The notes under the pieces are model-generated. The model did not search any database, was not told where the DNA came from, and saw nothing but the letters and a program-made list of their open reading frames with translations. A stretch of DNA of 64,000 nucleotides, taken from Dehalococcoidia bacterium. GTDB lineage: Bacteria > Chloroflexota > Dehalococcoidia > Lucifugimonadales > UBA3495. Positions 27,768 to 36,670 of this stretch are shown one piece after another. Numbering within the stretch: position 1 is the stretch's first letter; every line of letters begins with the position of its first letter. A program made the position numbers and the translations under genes. Where the stretch lies: NCBI GenBank assembly GCA_965215975.1, contig OZ244136.1, forward strand, positions 1,358,418 to 1,422,417. The letters run 5' to 3'.

Positions 27768-27835
27768 GACCCCCCATCCTGAGCCTGTCAAGGATGCCCG
27801 CCGAAAAGAAGAATGGCTCGACGAGTTCACCATGA
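27768..27835. repeat. Diverged palindromic REP-like element between convergent genes
   Basis: CATCCTGAGCCTGTCAAGGAT (27775-27795) belongs to the same word family as the 23-mers at 23154 and 23557. Its partner half ...GGCTCGACGAGTTCACCATGAGCGG is an imperfect reverse complement (about 12/18 by hand). Confidence 0.4.
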
Positions 27836-27842
27836 GCGGACT

Positions 27843-28220
27843 CTATTCCGTAGGCCTTAGTTGCTGCACTCTCAGGGATATACCGTAAGCAAGACCAATT
27901 ATGGGCACCACCGCAAACAGCAGGGACAGACCCGCTTCCCATCCCATGGGCTCCTGCCGAATCTCCAGAAAGGCGCCCAGGTCTCCTGCCACGCTGACCG
28001 CCAGCAAAATGCCAATAATGTTCCTGGTCAGCCAGCGGTCCAGGGTTTCCGGTTTCAGCAGCATTACCAACAGTGCGGCAGCGGCGGCCGGATGCACAAT
28101 TATCAGCATCAGGCGTTCCCAGGGACTGACGGTATCGTAGGCGCCGACAAAGCCGGTAGAGAAGGCCAATACCAGGTGGAGGATAGCCAGGGCAAGCACG
28201 ACATATCCGACGATCTTCAT
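27843..28220 (-). CDS. Small integral membrane protein (about 4 TM helices)
   Basis: 125-aa hydrophobic ORF (IVGYVVLALAILHLVLAF; LMLIIVHPAAAAALLVMLL; IIGILLAVSVAGDLGAF; LSLLFAVVPIIGLAYGI). Confidence 0.6.
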   Translation of the reverse strand: MKIVGYVVLALAILHLVLAFSTGFVGAYDTVSPWERLMLIIVHPAAAAALLVMLLKPETLDRWLTRNIIGILLAVSVAGDLGAFLEIRQEPMGWEAGLSLLFAVVPIIGLAYGISLRVQQLRPTE

Positions 28221-28321
28221 CGTTGCTAACTCCTCTTGCGAGGCATGATTGTCGGCTAGAATAGTTGCCTCATCCGAATGTTGTCAAAGCCGTCGCAACG
28301 CCTTATTTTCGATCAGTCTAA

Positions 28322-28681
28322 ATGAAGAGATTCAAGATGAAGGAGATCACCATGTCCTATTTCAAATATTCCCAGGGAAGAGAGACCAAAGAACTGGCCC
28401 CCGGCGCCCGGACCCGCACCTACTGGGGCGATAACATGCTCCTGTCCTTGGTGGAGATTGACGCCAATTCCCTTGTACCGCTACATACCCACCCCCACGA
28501 GCAGGGAGGTATTGTCGTCGAAGGGGAAATGGAAATGGGCATCGGCGGCGAGGTCAAGGTGCTAAAGGTGGGCGATATGTACATCATCCCCGGCGGCGTG
28601 GAACACTACGCCAAGGGCCTCGACCAGCCCTGCAGGGCCCTGGATGTTTTCAGCCCGGTACGCGAGGAGTTCAAGTACTGA
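28322..28681 (+). CDS. Cupin-domain protein
   Basis: Cupin metal motifs LHTHPHEQGGIVVEGEMEM and GDMYIIPGGVEHYA. Alternative starts at 28337 and 28352. Confidence 0.8.
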   Translation: MKRFKMKEITMSYFKYSQGRETKELAPGARTRTYWGDNMLLSLVEIDANSLVPLHTHPHEQGGIVVEGEMEMGIGGEVKVLKVGDMYIIPGGVEHYAKGLDQPCRALDVFSPVREEFKY

Positions 28682-28699
28682 TACAGGGGCGGAACGGAA

Positions 28700-28739
28700 A
28701 ACGGAGCGCGGACAGTCATGTCGCGCTCCGTTATTTTTC
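28700..28739 (+). terminator. Rho-independent terminator after the cupin gene
   Basis: AACGGAGCGCG (28700-28710) pairs with CGCGCTCCGTT (28722-28732), followed by ATTTTTCC. Confidence 0.75.
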
Positions 28740-28775
28740 CGACGGTGACCTCAGGTTAGACAGGGGTTCACCCTC

Positions 28776-30323
28776 CTATCTCCCCTCCTTAATATAGTCC
28801 GATACCTTCTCGGCAATCATCAGCGTGGTGGCGTTGGTGTTGGCCCGGATGCAGTCGGGCATCACTGAGGCGTCGGCTACCCGCAGGCCCTCAACGCCCC
28901 TCACGCGCAGGAACTGGTCCACCACTGCCATGGGGTCCGAGTCCGGGCCCATCTTGCAGGTGCCCGATACGTGGTGGGAGGTGCCCGAGTTGTGCCGGAG
29001 CCAGTCGTTCAGCAACTCGTCAGAAGTCAACTCCTCGTCGGTGGGCATGATGCGCTCCAGCAGCAGGTCGGAGAAGTAAGGCTGCTCGGCAACCCGCACC
29101 CCCAGCCGGATGGCCTCACGCATCCGCCGCAGGTCTTCCTCTTCCTGGTAGTAGTTGTAGTTCAGCCTCGGTTGTACGTGGGGGTCGGCCGACTGCAGGG
29201 TCAACTCCCCCTTGCCCAGGGCCAACTGCAGGCTGGCGCTCATGCCGATGTAGTTAAGATCGTCGTTGATTTCCACCTGCGCGGGACGGTGCTCACTGGT
29301 CATCAGCATGGGACTTAGCTGCATGTCGTTGCGCAGGTCCGAGCCCTCAACGGTATAGCGCAGCCCCACCTGGATCACCGGCGCTTGCACGTCAGGCTTC
29401 TCCCCAGTTGCCATGTAAAGGACGGCGGCCGAGGGATGGTCCCGCAGGTTCTGGCCCACGCCGGGCAGGTCCTGCACCACGTCGATTCCGAAGCTGCTGA
29501 TGTGTTCGGCTGGACCCACCCCGGACAGCATCAGCAACTGGGGCGACCCAATGGCTCCGCTGCTCACCACAATCTGCTCGCCTTCCACCGTGAAGACCTC
29601 TCCCCCGCTCTCGGCCTCTACCCCCACGGCCCGCTTGCCCTCAAACAGAATCCGGCGGGCGGTAACCCCGCTCCTGACGGTCAGGTTCAAGCGGTGGCGG
29701 GCCTGTTCCAGGTAGGTCAGGGACATGCTCATCCGCACGCCGTCTATGGTGTTGCGGGCACGAGGCGATATGCCGGTGGACTCGGGGTGGTTCTGGTCCT
29801 CGTCTATGCGAAAGCCGAGGTCGACGCAGGCCCGCTCGAAGGCCTGGGCATGGGGCATCCACTCGCTGCGGGGCGAGCGGCGCACCGGCACCGGCCCGCT
29901 GGTGCCGTGGAAGTCATCGCCCCCGAAGTCCTGGTCCGTCTCCAGCTTGTTGAAGTAGGGAAGCACGCCGGTGAAACTCCACTCGTCGTTGCCCCACTCG
30001 GCCCACCGGTCATAGTCCTCGGGGATGCCCCGGAACATAACCTGCCCGTTTACCGCGCTGGAGCCGCCGGTGGCCTTGCCTCGGGGGATGATCAGTTCCC
30101 CCTGCTCCGGCGTTATTTGGGCGGTGTAGCCCCAGTTGTGGGGGCCGTATGCGGACAGCCAGACGTTGTTGCCCTGCTTCAGGTCTTCGGGTAGGGTTTC
30201 GAAGTCTGGGTAGTCGGGCCCGGCCTCCAGCAGCAGGACCGAACGTTCGGGGTCTTCGGACAGGCGGGTGGCGATGGCGCAACCTGCCGAGCCTCCACCT
30301 ACCACAATGACGTCGTACTTCAT
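28776..30323 (-). CDS. GMC-family FAD-dependent oxidoreductase (choline dehydrogenase-like)
   Basis: MKYDVIVVGGGSAGCAIATRLSE Rossmann motif at the internal ATG (30323), preceded by GGAGG. C-terminal GMC pattern HHVSGTCKMG. The track start at 30449 adds 42 unlikely residues. Confidence 0.9.
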   Translation of the reverse strand: MKYDVIVVGGGSAGCAIATRLSEDPERSVLLLEAGPDYPDFETLPEDLKQGNNVWLSAYGPHNWGYTAQITPEQGELIIPRGKATGGSSAVNGQVMFRGIPEDYDRWAEWGNDEWSFTGVLPYFNKLETDQDFGGDDFHGTSGPVPVRRSPRSEWMPHAQAFERACVDLGFRIDEDQNHPESTGISPRARNTIDGVRMSMSLTYLEQARHRLNLTVRSGVTARRILFEGKRAVGVEAESGGEVFTVEGEQIVVSSGAIGSPQLLMLSGVGPAEHISSFGIDVVQDLPGVGQNLRDHPSAAVLYMATGEKPDVQAPVIQVGLRYTVEGSDLRNDMQLSPMLMTSEHRPAQVEINDDLNYIGMSASLQLALGKGELTLQSADPHVQPRLNYNYYQEEEDLRRMREAIRLGVRVAEQPYFSDLLLERIMPTDEELTSDELLNDWLRHNSGTSHHVSGTCKMGPDSDPMAVVDQFLRVRGVEGLRVADASVMPDCIRANTNATTLMIAEKVSDYIKEGR

Positions 30324-30545
30324 GATCAACCTCCAAGGCTTCCGCAGTTCAAAAGGGCCTTCAAAGATGGAATGGCTATTTGCCCCAATGATAATACAAA
30401 CCCGGTGAGGGCGCACGGTGGATGTGCCAACTGAGAACAGGGCAACCACAAAGGTTGCCCTGTCTTTAATCCGTTAAGGAGTGCACGGCAGATAGTCGGT
30501 ATTCGGGGCTGCTCACCCGTAGAAACCGGCACTAACGAGTTTGGG

Positions 30546-32174
30546 CTAAAAGCCTATGGCGCAACCGTCCTTGCGGGGTTCGGATCCGGCCCATAGCACC
30601 CCCGTCTCCGGGTTGCGCTGGATGACCTGCCCGCCGCCCATGCCGACCCGGGCGTGGCCTTGTATCATCTCCAGGCGGTGGCCCAGGCCCTTCAGCCCGC
30701 CAATGACCTCCGGCGCCAGCCCTTCCTCTATTATCGTGGTGTCGCCGATGACCTGGAAGCGCAGCGCGTTCAAAGCCGCCTGGGGCTCCATGTCGAAGTC
30801 CGTCATGTTGCACATCACCTGCAGGTGGGCCTGTGGCTGCATGAATCCGCCCATCACTCCGTAACACAGGTATAGCTCATTGTCCCTGGTGGCCATGGCC
30901 GGAATGATGGTGTGGTATGGTCGCTTGCCACCCTCCAGCGCGTTGGGGTGGTCGGGCTCCAGGGAGAAGAGGGCCGCCCGGTTCTGCAGTACTATCCCTG
31001 TGCCCGGCACCACCAGCCCGCTGCCGAAGTTGATGTACACGCTGTTTATAAAGGAACAGGCGTTGCCCTGGCCGTCCACCACGCTGACGTACACCGTATC
31101 CCCTCCTGGACCTGCGCTGTTGCCAAAGCCCGTAATGTCGCCGTGAGCGGCATGGGCCATGGCCCGCTCCGGATCGATCGACTCCCGGCGTCTGGCGGCG
31201 TAGGCCTTGTCTGTTAGCTCCGTTATGGGCACGTCGGCCATGCGCGGGTCGGCCACGTACCGGTAGGCGTCGGCGAAGGAAAGTCGCATGGCCTCGATCA
31301 GGTGGTGGTAGGTGTTGACCGTCTGCGGGCCCATGCCCCTGATGTCAAACCCCTCGACGATGTTCATCGCCTCCAGGGCCGCTATCCCCTGGCCGTTGGG
31401 CGGGCACTCCCAGCACGTAATCCCCCGGTAGTCGGTGCTGATCGCCTCGTCCCAGTCCGACTTGTGGGACTCCAGGTCCTCGGTGGTGATCCACCCGCCC
31501 TGTTCCTGGACAAAGCTGGCAATCTTCTCCGCAATCTCCCCGTGGTAAAAGGCCTTGGAACCGCCCTCGGCCACCGCGCTCAATGTCTTGCCCAGCGTCG
31601 GCAGCTTCATCACCTCCCCCTGGCGCGGCGGACGCCCGTTCAGCAGCATCTCCTGCCCCGAAGGCAGCGCCGACAGTCGCGGCCCCTGCCCCGACCATTG
31701 GTAGGCGATGTAGTCGCTGACCGGAAACCCCTCCTCGGCGTACCGGATGGCCGGCTTCAGCACCTCCGCCAGCGGCATCGTCCCGTGGGCCTCCAGTATC
31801 GTCTCCCACCCGTGGACGGTGCCGGGGATGGACACGGATTGGGGCCCCTCCTGCGGCATCCGGTAGTGGCCGGCGGCGTTCAACTCCTCAATGGACGCTG
31901 CTCCCGGCGCCCGCCCGCTACCGTTCAGGGCGTGTACCTTCTTCTCGTTGTCCTTCCAGACCAGCGCAAACATGTCCCCGCCCACGCCGGTGGACTCGGG
32001 TTCAACCACGTTCAGAACGGCGGCGGCAGCCACCGCTGCGTCCACGGCGTTGCCCCCATTAATAAGAATCTGCAACCCGGCCTGCGCCGCCAGGGGCTGG
32101 CTGGTGGCCACCATGCCGTTCATCGCCAGCACCGGCGACCGTCTCGAGTCAAAGAACATTGCCTCTCCTATCAC
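30546..32174 (-). CDS. ggt: Gamma-glutamyltransferase family protein
   Basis: GGNAVDAAVAAAAVLNVVEPESTGVGGD N-terminal motif and the autoprocessing-site region GGKRPYHTIIPAM. Confidence 0.88.
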   Translation of the reverse strand: MIGEAMFFDSRRSPVLAMNGMVATSQPLAAQAGLQILINGGNAVDAAVAAAAVLNVVEPESTGVGGDMFALVWKDNEKKVHALNGSGRAPGAASIEELNAAGHYRMPQEGPQSVSIPGTVHGWETILEAHGTMPLAEVLKPAIRYAEEGFPVSDYIAYQWSGQGPRLSALPSGQEMLLNGRPPRQGEVMKLPTLGKTLSAVAEGGSKAFYHGEIAEKIASFVQEQGGWITTEDLESHKSDWDEAISTDYRGITCWECPPNGQGIAALEAMNIVEGFDIRGMGPQTVNTYHHLIEAMRLSFADAYRYVADPRMADVPITELTDKAYAARRRESIDPERAMAHAAHGDITGFGNSAGPGGDTVYVSVVDGQGNACSFINSVYINFGSGLVVPGTGIVLQNRAALFSLEPDHPNALEGGKRPYHTIIPAMATRDNELYLCYGVMGGFMQPQAHLQVMCNMTDFDMEPQAALNALRFQVIGDTTIIEEGLAPEVIGGLKGLGHRLEMIQGHARVGMGGGQVIQRNPETGVLWAGSEPRKDGCAIGF

Positions 32175-32692
32175 GAGCCAAGAATCAGGAACCGGGCCCC
32201 GAGCTCATAGTCTTCTTGCGGCGGGGCCAGTGGATGAAGTACTTGTATGCTGGGGAACGGCTGGCCGTGATGCGAGGAGTATTGTAGCACCGGTGGTGAT
32301 TGGTGGGTATTCCTCCACCATCTCTAGTACTAAAGTCGCAGATATATCTCGGTAGAATGGGGCTACGTTAGCAGGTGGTTGAGGTGAGCCGCTGGCTCCC
32401 GAACCCGGGCCTTGGCGCACCGGCGGTGGGTCTGCGTGCGGTAGTACCGGTATGCATGGTCCCTCAGTTCTGTGAGCAGCTAGGCCACATCAATCGATAC
32501 AAAATTGGAGTTACACGACAGTGTTGAAGCTCAATCCGGGCGAGTGGCCGTGCCGCGGGGTAAGTCGCGCAATTGTCAGGGTTTAGGGTCAATGGCTTTA
32601 GCTCTTATGAGAGACAGTGATTTGAGGTGGTAAGAATTCTTCGGTATTTGCTGAAGGACCGCCGGGCCTGATACCTCAGGAATTCACTGTGG

Positions 32693-32730
32693 AAGCGGCT
32701 GGACAGGCATCGTCCAGCCGCTTTTAATTT
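32693..32730 (+). terminator. Strong orphan rho-independent terminator in a gene-less region
   Basis: Perfect 12-bp stem AAGCGGCTGGAC (32693-32704) / GTCCAGCCGCTT (32712-32723), 7-nt loop, then TTAATTT. No ORF of 60 aa or more ends upstream of it on the + strand. Confidence 0.7.
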
Positions 32731-33152
32731 GCCCGTTAGTTTCTCCACTTCCCCCACGTCCCTGTACCAGCAGTTGATGGACGTTCTCTTGCGCCGCGTC
32801 CAATTGGACTAGAAGGACTCGAAGAGCACTTGTCGAGGGACGTTTCGCCGTGCTGCCAGGAAGCGCCAGGTAATTGGTTCTGTGAGAAGACGTCCTGGCC
32901 TGCGACTAGGGAAGGGGCGTGAGAAAGAGAATTGCCGGTACAGCGATAGGTGGGCTTCACCATAGAAGTGGGAAACTGGCCCACTTAACTCTATGGCTAT
33001 AAGCGAATTCACGGGTATTTCCGACGTTCATCCCTGCCGCCCGCCTTGTGTCTACTTGCCAACTTCCTGGTTGGCCTTTAATTTATTAGCCACCCCCTGC
33101 CCCACGGGGCCGGGGGACGGTGACTGCTCATTCCCAGTGAGGGAGTTTCCTT

Positions 33153-34151
33153 GTGGTGGCTGGTGACCGAGCTGGATTTCCCCTGGGCGTGGATAGACCG
33201 GCGGGGGTCGACGCTTTTCTTGAGGCCTCGGCTCCGGCCGATGTGGCCCAGGGTGTTGCGCCCCTCTGCCGATCTCACGTTGTCACGCTGCTGGAACTGT
33301 CTTCTTCGTGTTCCGGCCGCCTCAACCTGTCGGGACGGAACCTCCTCTCAGCCGACCTGTCAGGTCTCAACCTGCTGGAGGTGGACCTGTCCGGGGCCGA
33401 CCTGGGCCATGCCGACCTGCGCAACGCCGACCTCTTCGGGGCCGATCTCTCCGGCGCCGACCTTTTCCGGGCCGATCTCAGGGGCGCCTTCCTGGTCCGG
33501 TGCAACCTGGACGGCGCTTTTCTTCTGGCCGTCCGGCTTGACGAGCATACGGACCTGGCCGATGTGTCCTGGGGCCGGCATAACCAGTCGGAATGGGAGC
33601 GCTTGGGCATGCTGGACAACGCCCGGGCGCTGTACCGCCAGCTCTTTGTCTGGCACCGGAGCCGGGGATACGGAGACCTGGCCGGGGTGTTCCTCTACCG
33701 GGACTGGCTCTGCCGCACCCGGCAGATGCGGGAGGCGGTGGCCCAGGGCTGGAGCTGGCGCCGGCCCTGGCGGGTGGGCCGCCTGGGCCGCCTGGATTGG
33801 TGGCAGTCCCTTGGCAAATTCCTGATACTGGCCGGGTTCGAGGCCGCGTTTGGCTACGGCGAGCGCCCCTTCCGGATCTGCCTGTTCGCGGCCACGGTGG
33901 TTGTGCTCTTCGCCCTGATCTTTTTTGTTTGCCCGGGTGGCTTTGAGGGCGCCTGGACCCTGGGCAACGTTTCCAGCCATCTCATGGATTGCTTCTACTT
34001 TTCCCTCGTTTCCTTCACGACCCTGGGTTATGGTGGCTGGGTGGAACCCCCGGGCCTGGTGGCTGGGGACCTGGGCGCTGTCGAGTCCTTTATCGGGCTG
34101 TTTGTGACGGCGATGTTCCTGGTGACCTTTACCAGGCGTTGGACCCGCTGA
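33153..34151 (+). CDS. Pentapeptide-repeat domain fused to a 2-TM potassium-channel pore
   Basis: Pentapeptide repeats (ADLSGLNLLEVDLSGADLGHADLRNADLFGADLSGADLFRADLRGAFL). Pore region FYFSLVSFTTLGYGG (TxGYG filter) flanked by two TM helices. GTG start 8 nt after GAGGGAG. Confidence 0.8.
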   Translation: MVAGDRAGFPLGVDRPAGVDAFLEASAPADVAQGVAPLCRSHVVTLLELSSSCSGRLNLSGRNLLSADLSGLNLLEVDLSGADLGHADLRNADLFGADLSGADLFRADLRGAFLVRCNLDGAFLLAVRLDEHTDLADVSWGRHNQSEWERLGMLDNARALYRQLFVWHRSRGYGDLAGVFLYRDWLCRTRQMREAVAQGWSWRRPWRVGRLGRLDWWQSLGKFLILAGFEAAFGYGERPFRICLFAATVVVLFALIFFVCPGGFEGAWTLGNVSSHLMDCFYFSLVSFTTLGYGGWVEPPGLVAGDLGAVESFIGLFVTAMFLVTFTRRWTR

Positions 34152-34408
34152 ATTTTCCGTCAGATCCTCAGGTTTCCTTGGCTCTTTCCGGCCCCTGCTG
34201 GTCGGCGTCGACTGGCTGCGCGGTTCGGGAGCGCCGGCTTGCCAGCCTTTTCGGTGCCCAGGAGGCTGAAGATGGTGGAGAGACGCAATCGCCTGGTACA
34301 GGGAAATCTGGAGTAGGGAGATGCATTGCCTGCGCTCCGTGCCCCCGGCTCCCGTGCAGGAATGAGGTGGACCCCTTTATTGTGACAGGATCAAGGTGGA
34401 ATTAAGCG

Positions 34409-35130
34409 TGAGTCCCGCTGCCCCTGGCAATGATACCAACACCCCTTCCGGTGGGCCTTCAGTCACCTTTGATCTATTCCCCGGGGCATTCCTGGCCTGG
34501 TGGGACACCTCGGCCGGGGTCCGCTAGGTCAGGGCCTGATGGGGCCTCTGGTCGTTGTAGAACCGGAAGTAGGCGCCCAGTTCCCTCCTGGCTTCCCTGG
34601 CGTTGGCATAGGCTTTCAGGTACACCTCCTCGTACTTCACGGTGCGCCACTAACGCTCCACGAAGGTGTTGTCGTAGTACCGGCCCTTCCGTCCATGCTG
34701 ATCTTCACCCCGTGTTCCTGCAGTACCTGAGTGAATTCCAGGCTGGTGAATTGACTCCCCGGCCTTAACTGGGGCAGGCTCTGGTCGGTGTTGAAGACCT
34801 CTGGCTGGCCTTGCCCCAGCGCATCCCTCAAGGCGTCGACGCAGAAGTCGGCCTCCAGGGTGTTAGACAATAGCCAGGCCACCACCCACTTGCTGTGTCA
34901 GTCCATGATGGCCACCAGGTAGAGGAACCCCCCGGGCCATGGGCAAGTAGGTGATGTCGGCCGCCCTGCCTGAATCTGTCTGGGATGAACCTGGTACCTG
35001 GCCGCCAGTTGGGCCACCGTCTCCTCCCCCTTCACCGCCTCCAGGGCCACCTTGGCCTTGACGTCCGGACTGTGCTTTCTCCGTTGTTTCGACATTTGCC
35101 ACTCCTCCCTGGCAGCGACGGCTGCCCTCA
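34409..35130 (-). mobile_element. Internally deleted, frameshifted IS3-family remnant
   Basis: OrfA N-terminus MSKQRRKHSPDVKAKVALEAVKGEETVAQLAARYQVHP (from 35095) is fused directly to orfB fragments (DITYLPMARG / FLYLVAIMD / SNTLEADFCVDALRDALGQGQPEVFNTDQ..SQFTSLEFTQVLQEHGVKISMDGR / RTVKYEEVYLKAYANAREARRELGAYFRFYNDQRPHQALT). Candidate imperfect terminal IRs TGAGTCCCGCTGCCCCTGGCA (34409) and TGAGGGCAGCCGTCGCTGCCA (reverse complement, ending 35130) match at 14/21. Confidence 0.65.
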
Positions 35131-35151
35131 GTTTAGGAGCAGGACTCTCGC

Positions 35152-36304
35152 CTAAACCAAAGCCAAGGTGGGATGTGCATTTGCCGGGTGATGGGGATCG
35201 GGTCGGGAGTCTTGCAGGAGTGCTTCGGCCCTTGACTGCAGTACCGTCCGGCAGCGGCGCCTAACCTCGTCTCTCCGGCTGGCCAGACCGGCCAGGAAGT
35301 TGCCGACCCTCTCCTGCACCGCAGCCCTGCTCCCCAGGCAGAGATTGCCGGTGGCCTCCCTCTGGTCCAGCCCCAGATGGCCTCATCGGCGTTGAAGTCC
35401 GGGCTGTACCCCGGCAGGTTCACCAACCGCAGGTCAAGTCCGGGCGTCCGCAGATATTCCCGCACCGCCTCGCCACGATGGGCCGGCGCGTTGTCCCAGA
35501 TGACCCGCATCGGCCCCGGATGCCTTTCTCTCAGTTGTTCCAGGAAGGCAACCGAGGTCCCACTGTTGCTGTTGCCCTCCAGTTCCATCCATTCCACCTC
35601 GCCCGTCTCCAGGCACACCGCCGAATAGTAGCTGGCCTTCTCCCCATACCGCGGGCTGGTCGAGTCCACCAAAGCAGGTCTGCCTTTGAGCACCCACTTG
35701 CCCCGCAGTTCCGCATCGGCCCGGAAGTGGGCCTCATCAGCAAAGAATATTCTGGCTTCCTTCCGACCAGCCTACTCCCTCAGAGCGGCGTACTCCGCCA
35801 CGAAAGCCTCCCGCTTCGCCTCATCCGCCTTGAGCAGGCGTTTCTTGGGCCGCTTGAAGGCAAACCCCAGCCGGTGCAGCCAGTTCACACAACTGCTTCG
35901 GCTCAACCCAGTGCCGAACCGGTCCCCGGCAAACTGCCGCACCACCTTCCAATACCAGTTGGCCAGATCAATGCCCGAGGCGCCGGGCGGTTCCTGTACC
36001 GCTGCCTTCAACTCCTCCTGCTGCGCTTGGTCAAGGGCGGGCGGGAACCGCCGGTCTGCTCAAATATCAGGGCTGCAGGCCCTCCCTCCCCGAAGGCCGA
36101 CGCCCAACGGCCAATAGTGTGGGGATCCCTTTCCAGAGCCTCCGCCGTGGCCGCTGCCGTCCAGCCCTGGGCCAGCAGCAGCAAGGCGTACCACCGCTCC
36201 CGCTCCCTGGGTGTGGGCGCCAAAATCATCCGCCGCCGCAAGTCCTTGATTTCCATCTGCCACTGTTCCAGACACCGGTCTATCTCCCTCACGCCCATCA
36301 CCAA
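35152..36304 (-). pseudogene. IS630-family transposase broken into at least 3 frames
   Basis: HTH part (36304-36008: ...ILAPTPRERERWYALLLLAQGWTAAATAEALERDPHTIGRW), second HTH part (36011-35772) and DDE part (35693-: RVIWDNAPAHRGEAVREYL...LPGYSPDFNADEAIWGW). After WGWTR a 1-nt shift restores EATGNLCLGSRAAVQERVGNFLAGLASRRDEV...HPTLALV, which then stops at a TAG inside the terminal IR. Confidence 0.7.
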
Positions 36305-36390
36305 CCCCTCCCAACTCCCGACACCAGCTAACCAGGTTCCTTCACAAATTTACCCCTTCCCACTGCGCATCTCACCTTGGCTTTGGTTTA
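35153..36390 (-). mobile_element. IS630-family insertion sequence with TA target duplications
   Basis: Perfect 19-nt inverted repeats CTAAACCAAAGCCAAGGTG (35152-35170) and CACCTTGGCTTTGGTTTAG (36373-36391), i.e. AACCAAAG... termini flanked by TA at 35153-35154 and 36389-36390. Encodes HTH and DDE_3 transposase fragments. Confidence 0.8.
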
Positions 36391-36670
36391 GATGTCCTGA
36401 TATACCGGGCAGGCTCTGCCCCTCCTTTAAGAAAACCACAAGGAGGTAACTGCAAGAAGAATCTTCCAGAGATCGAGCCAAAGCACATACGCGCTAAACA
36501 AGGAAACATGATGAATTTCCCCCGATTATCAAGACGAGCCCTACTACCAGTAGCCGTAGCTCTGCTCCTAGAAGTCTGGCCGGGAACCCCGATTCTCCCC
36601 AACCCGCCGTTTTCTTAACGTCGATTGTCGATGTAACAGTGGGTTCTTGACACGTATTATATACATTACC

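Noticed and set aside
33080-33152. c-di-AMP (ydaO/kimA-type) riboswitch upstream of the K+ channel fusion
   Set aside because: Only a short GC-rich segment (CCCCCTGCCCCACGGGGCCGGGGGACGG) is available. It is too short for the pseudo-twofold ydaO architecture, and I cannot match its conserved blocks.
33151-33825. 224-aa ORF overlapping the pentapeptide/channel gene in another frame, plus antisense ORFs 33275-33619 and 33360-33980
   Set aside because: These are repeat-driven shadow frames of the pentapeptide-repeat DNA. The called frame alone yields both canonical pentapeptide repeats and a TxGYG pore.
36647-36670. TTG start at 36647 for the lipoprotein ORF, and the TTGACA at the same position as a promoter
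   Set aside because: The ATG at 36671 gives a normal n-region, h-region and lipobox signal. No acceptable -10 hexamer lies 16-18 nt downstream of the TTGACA.
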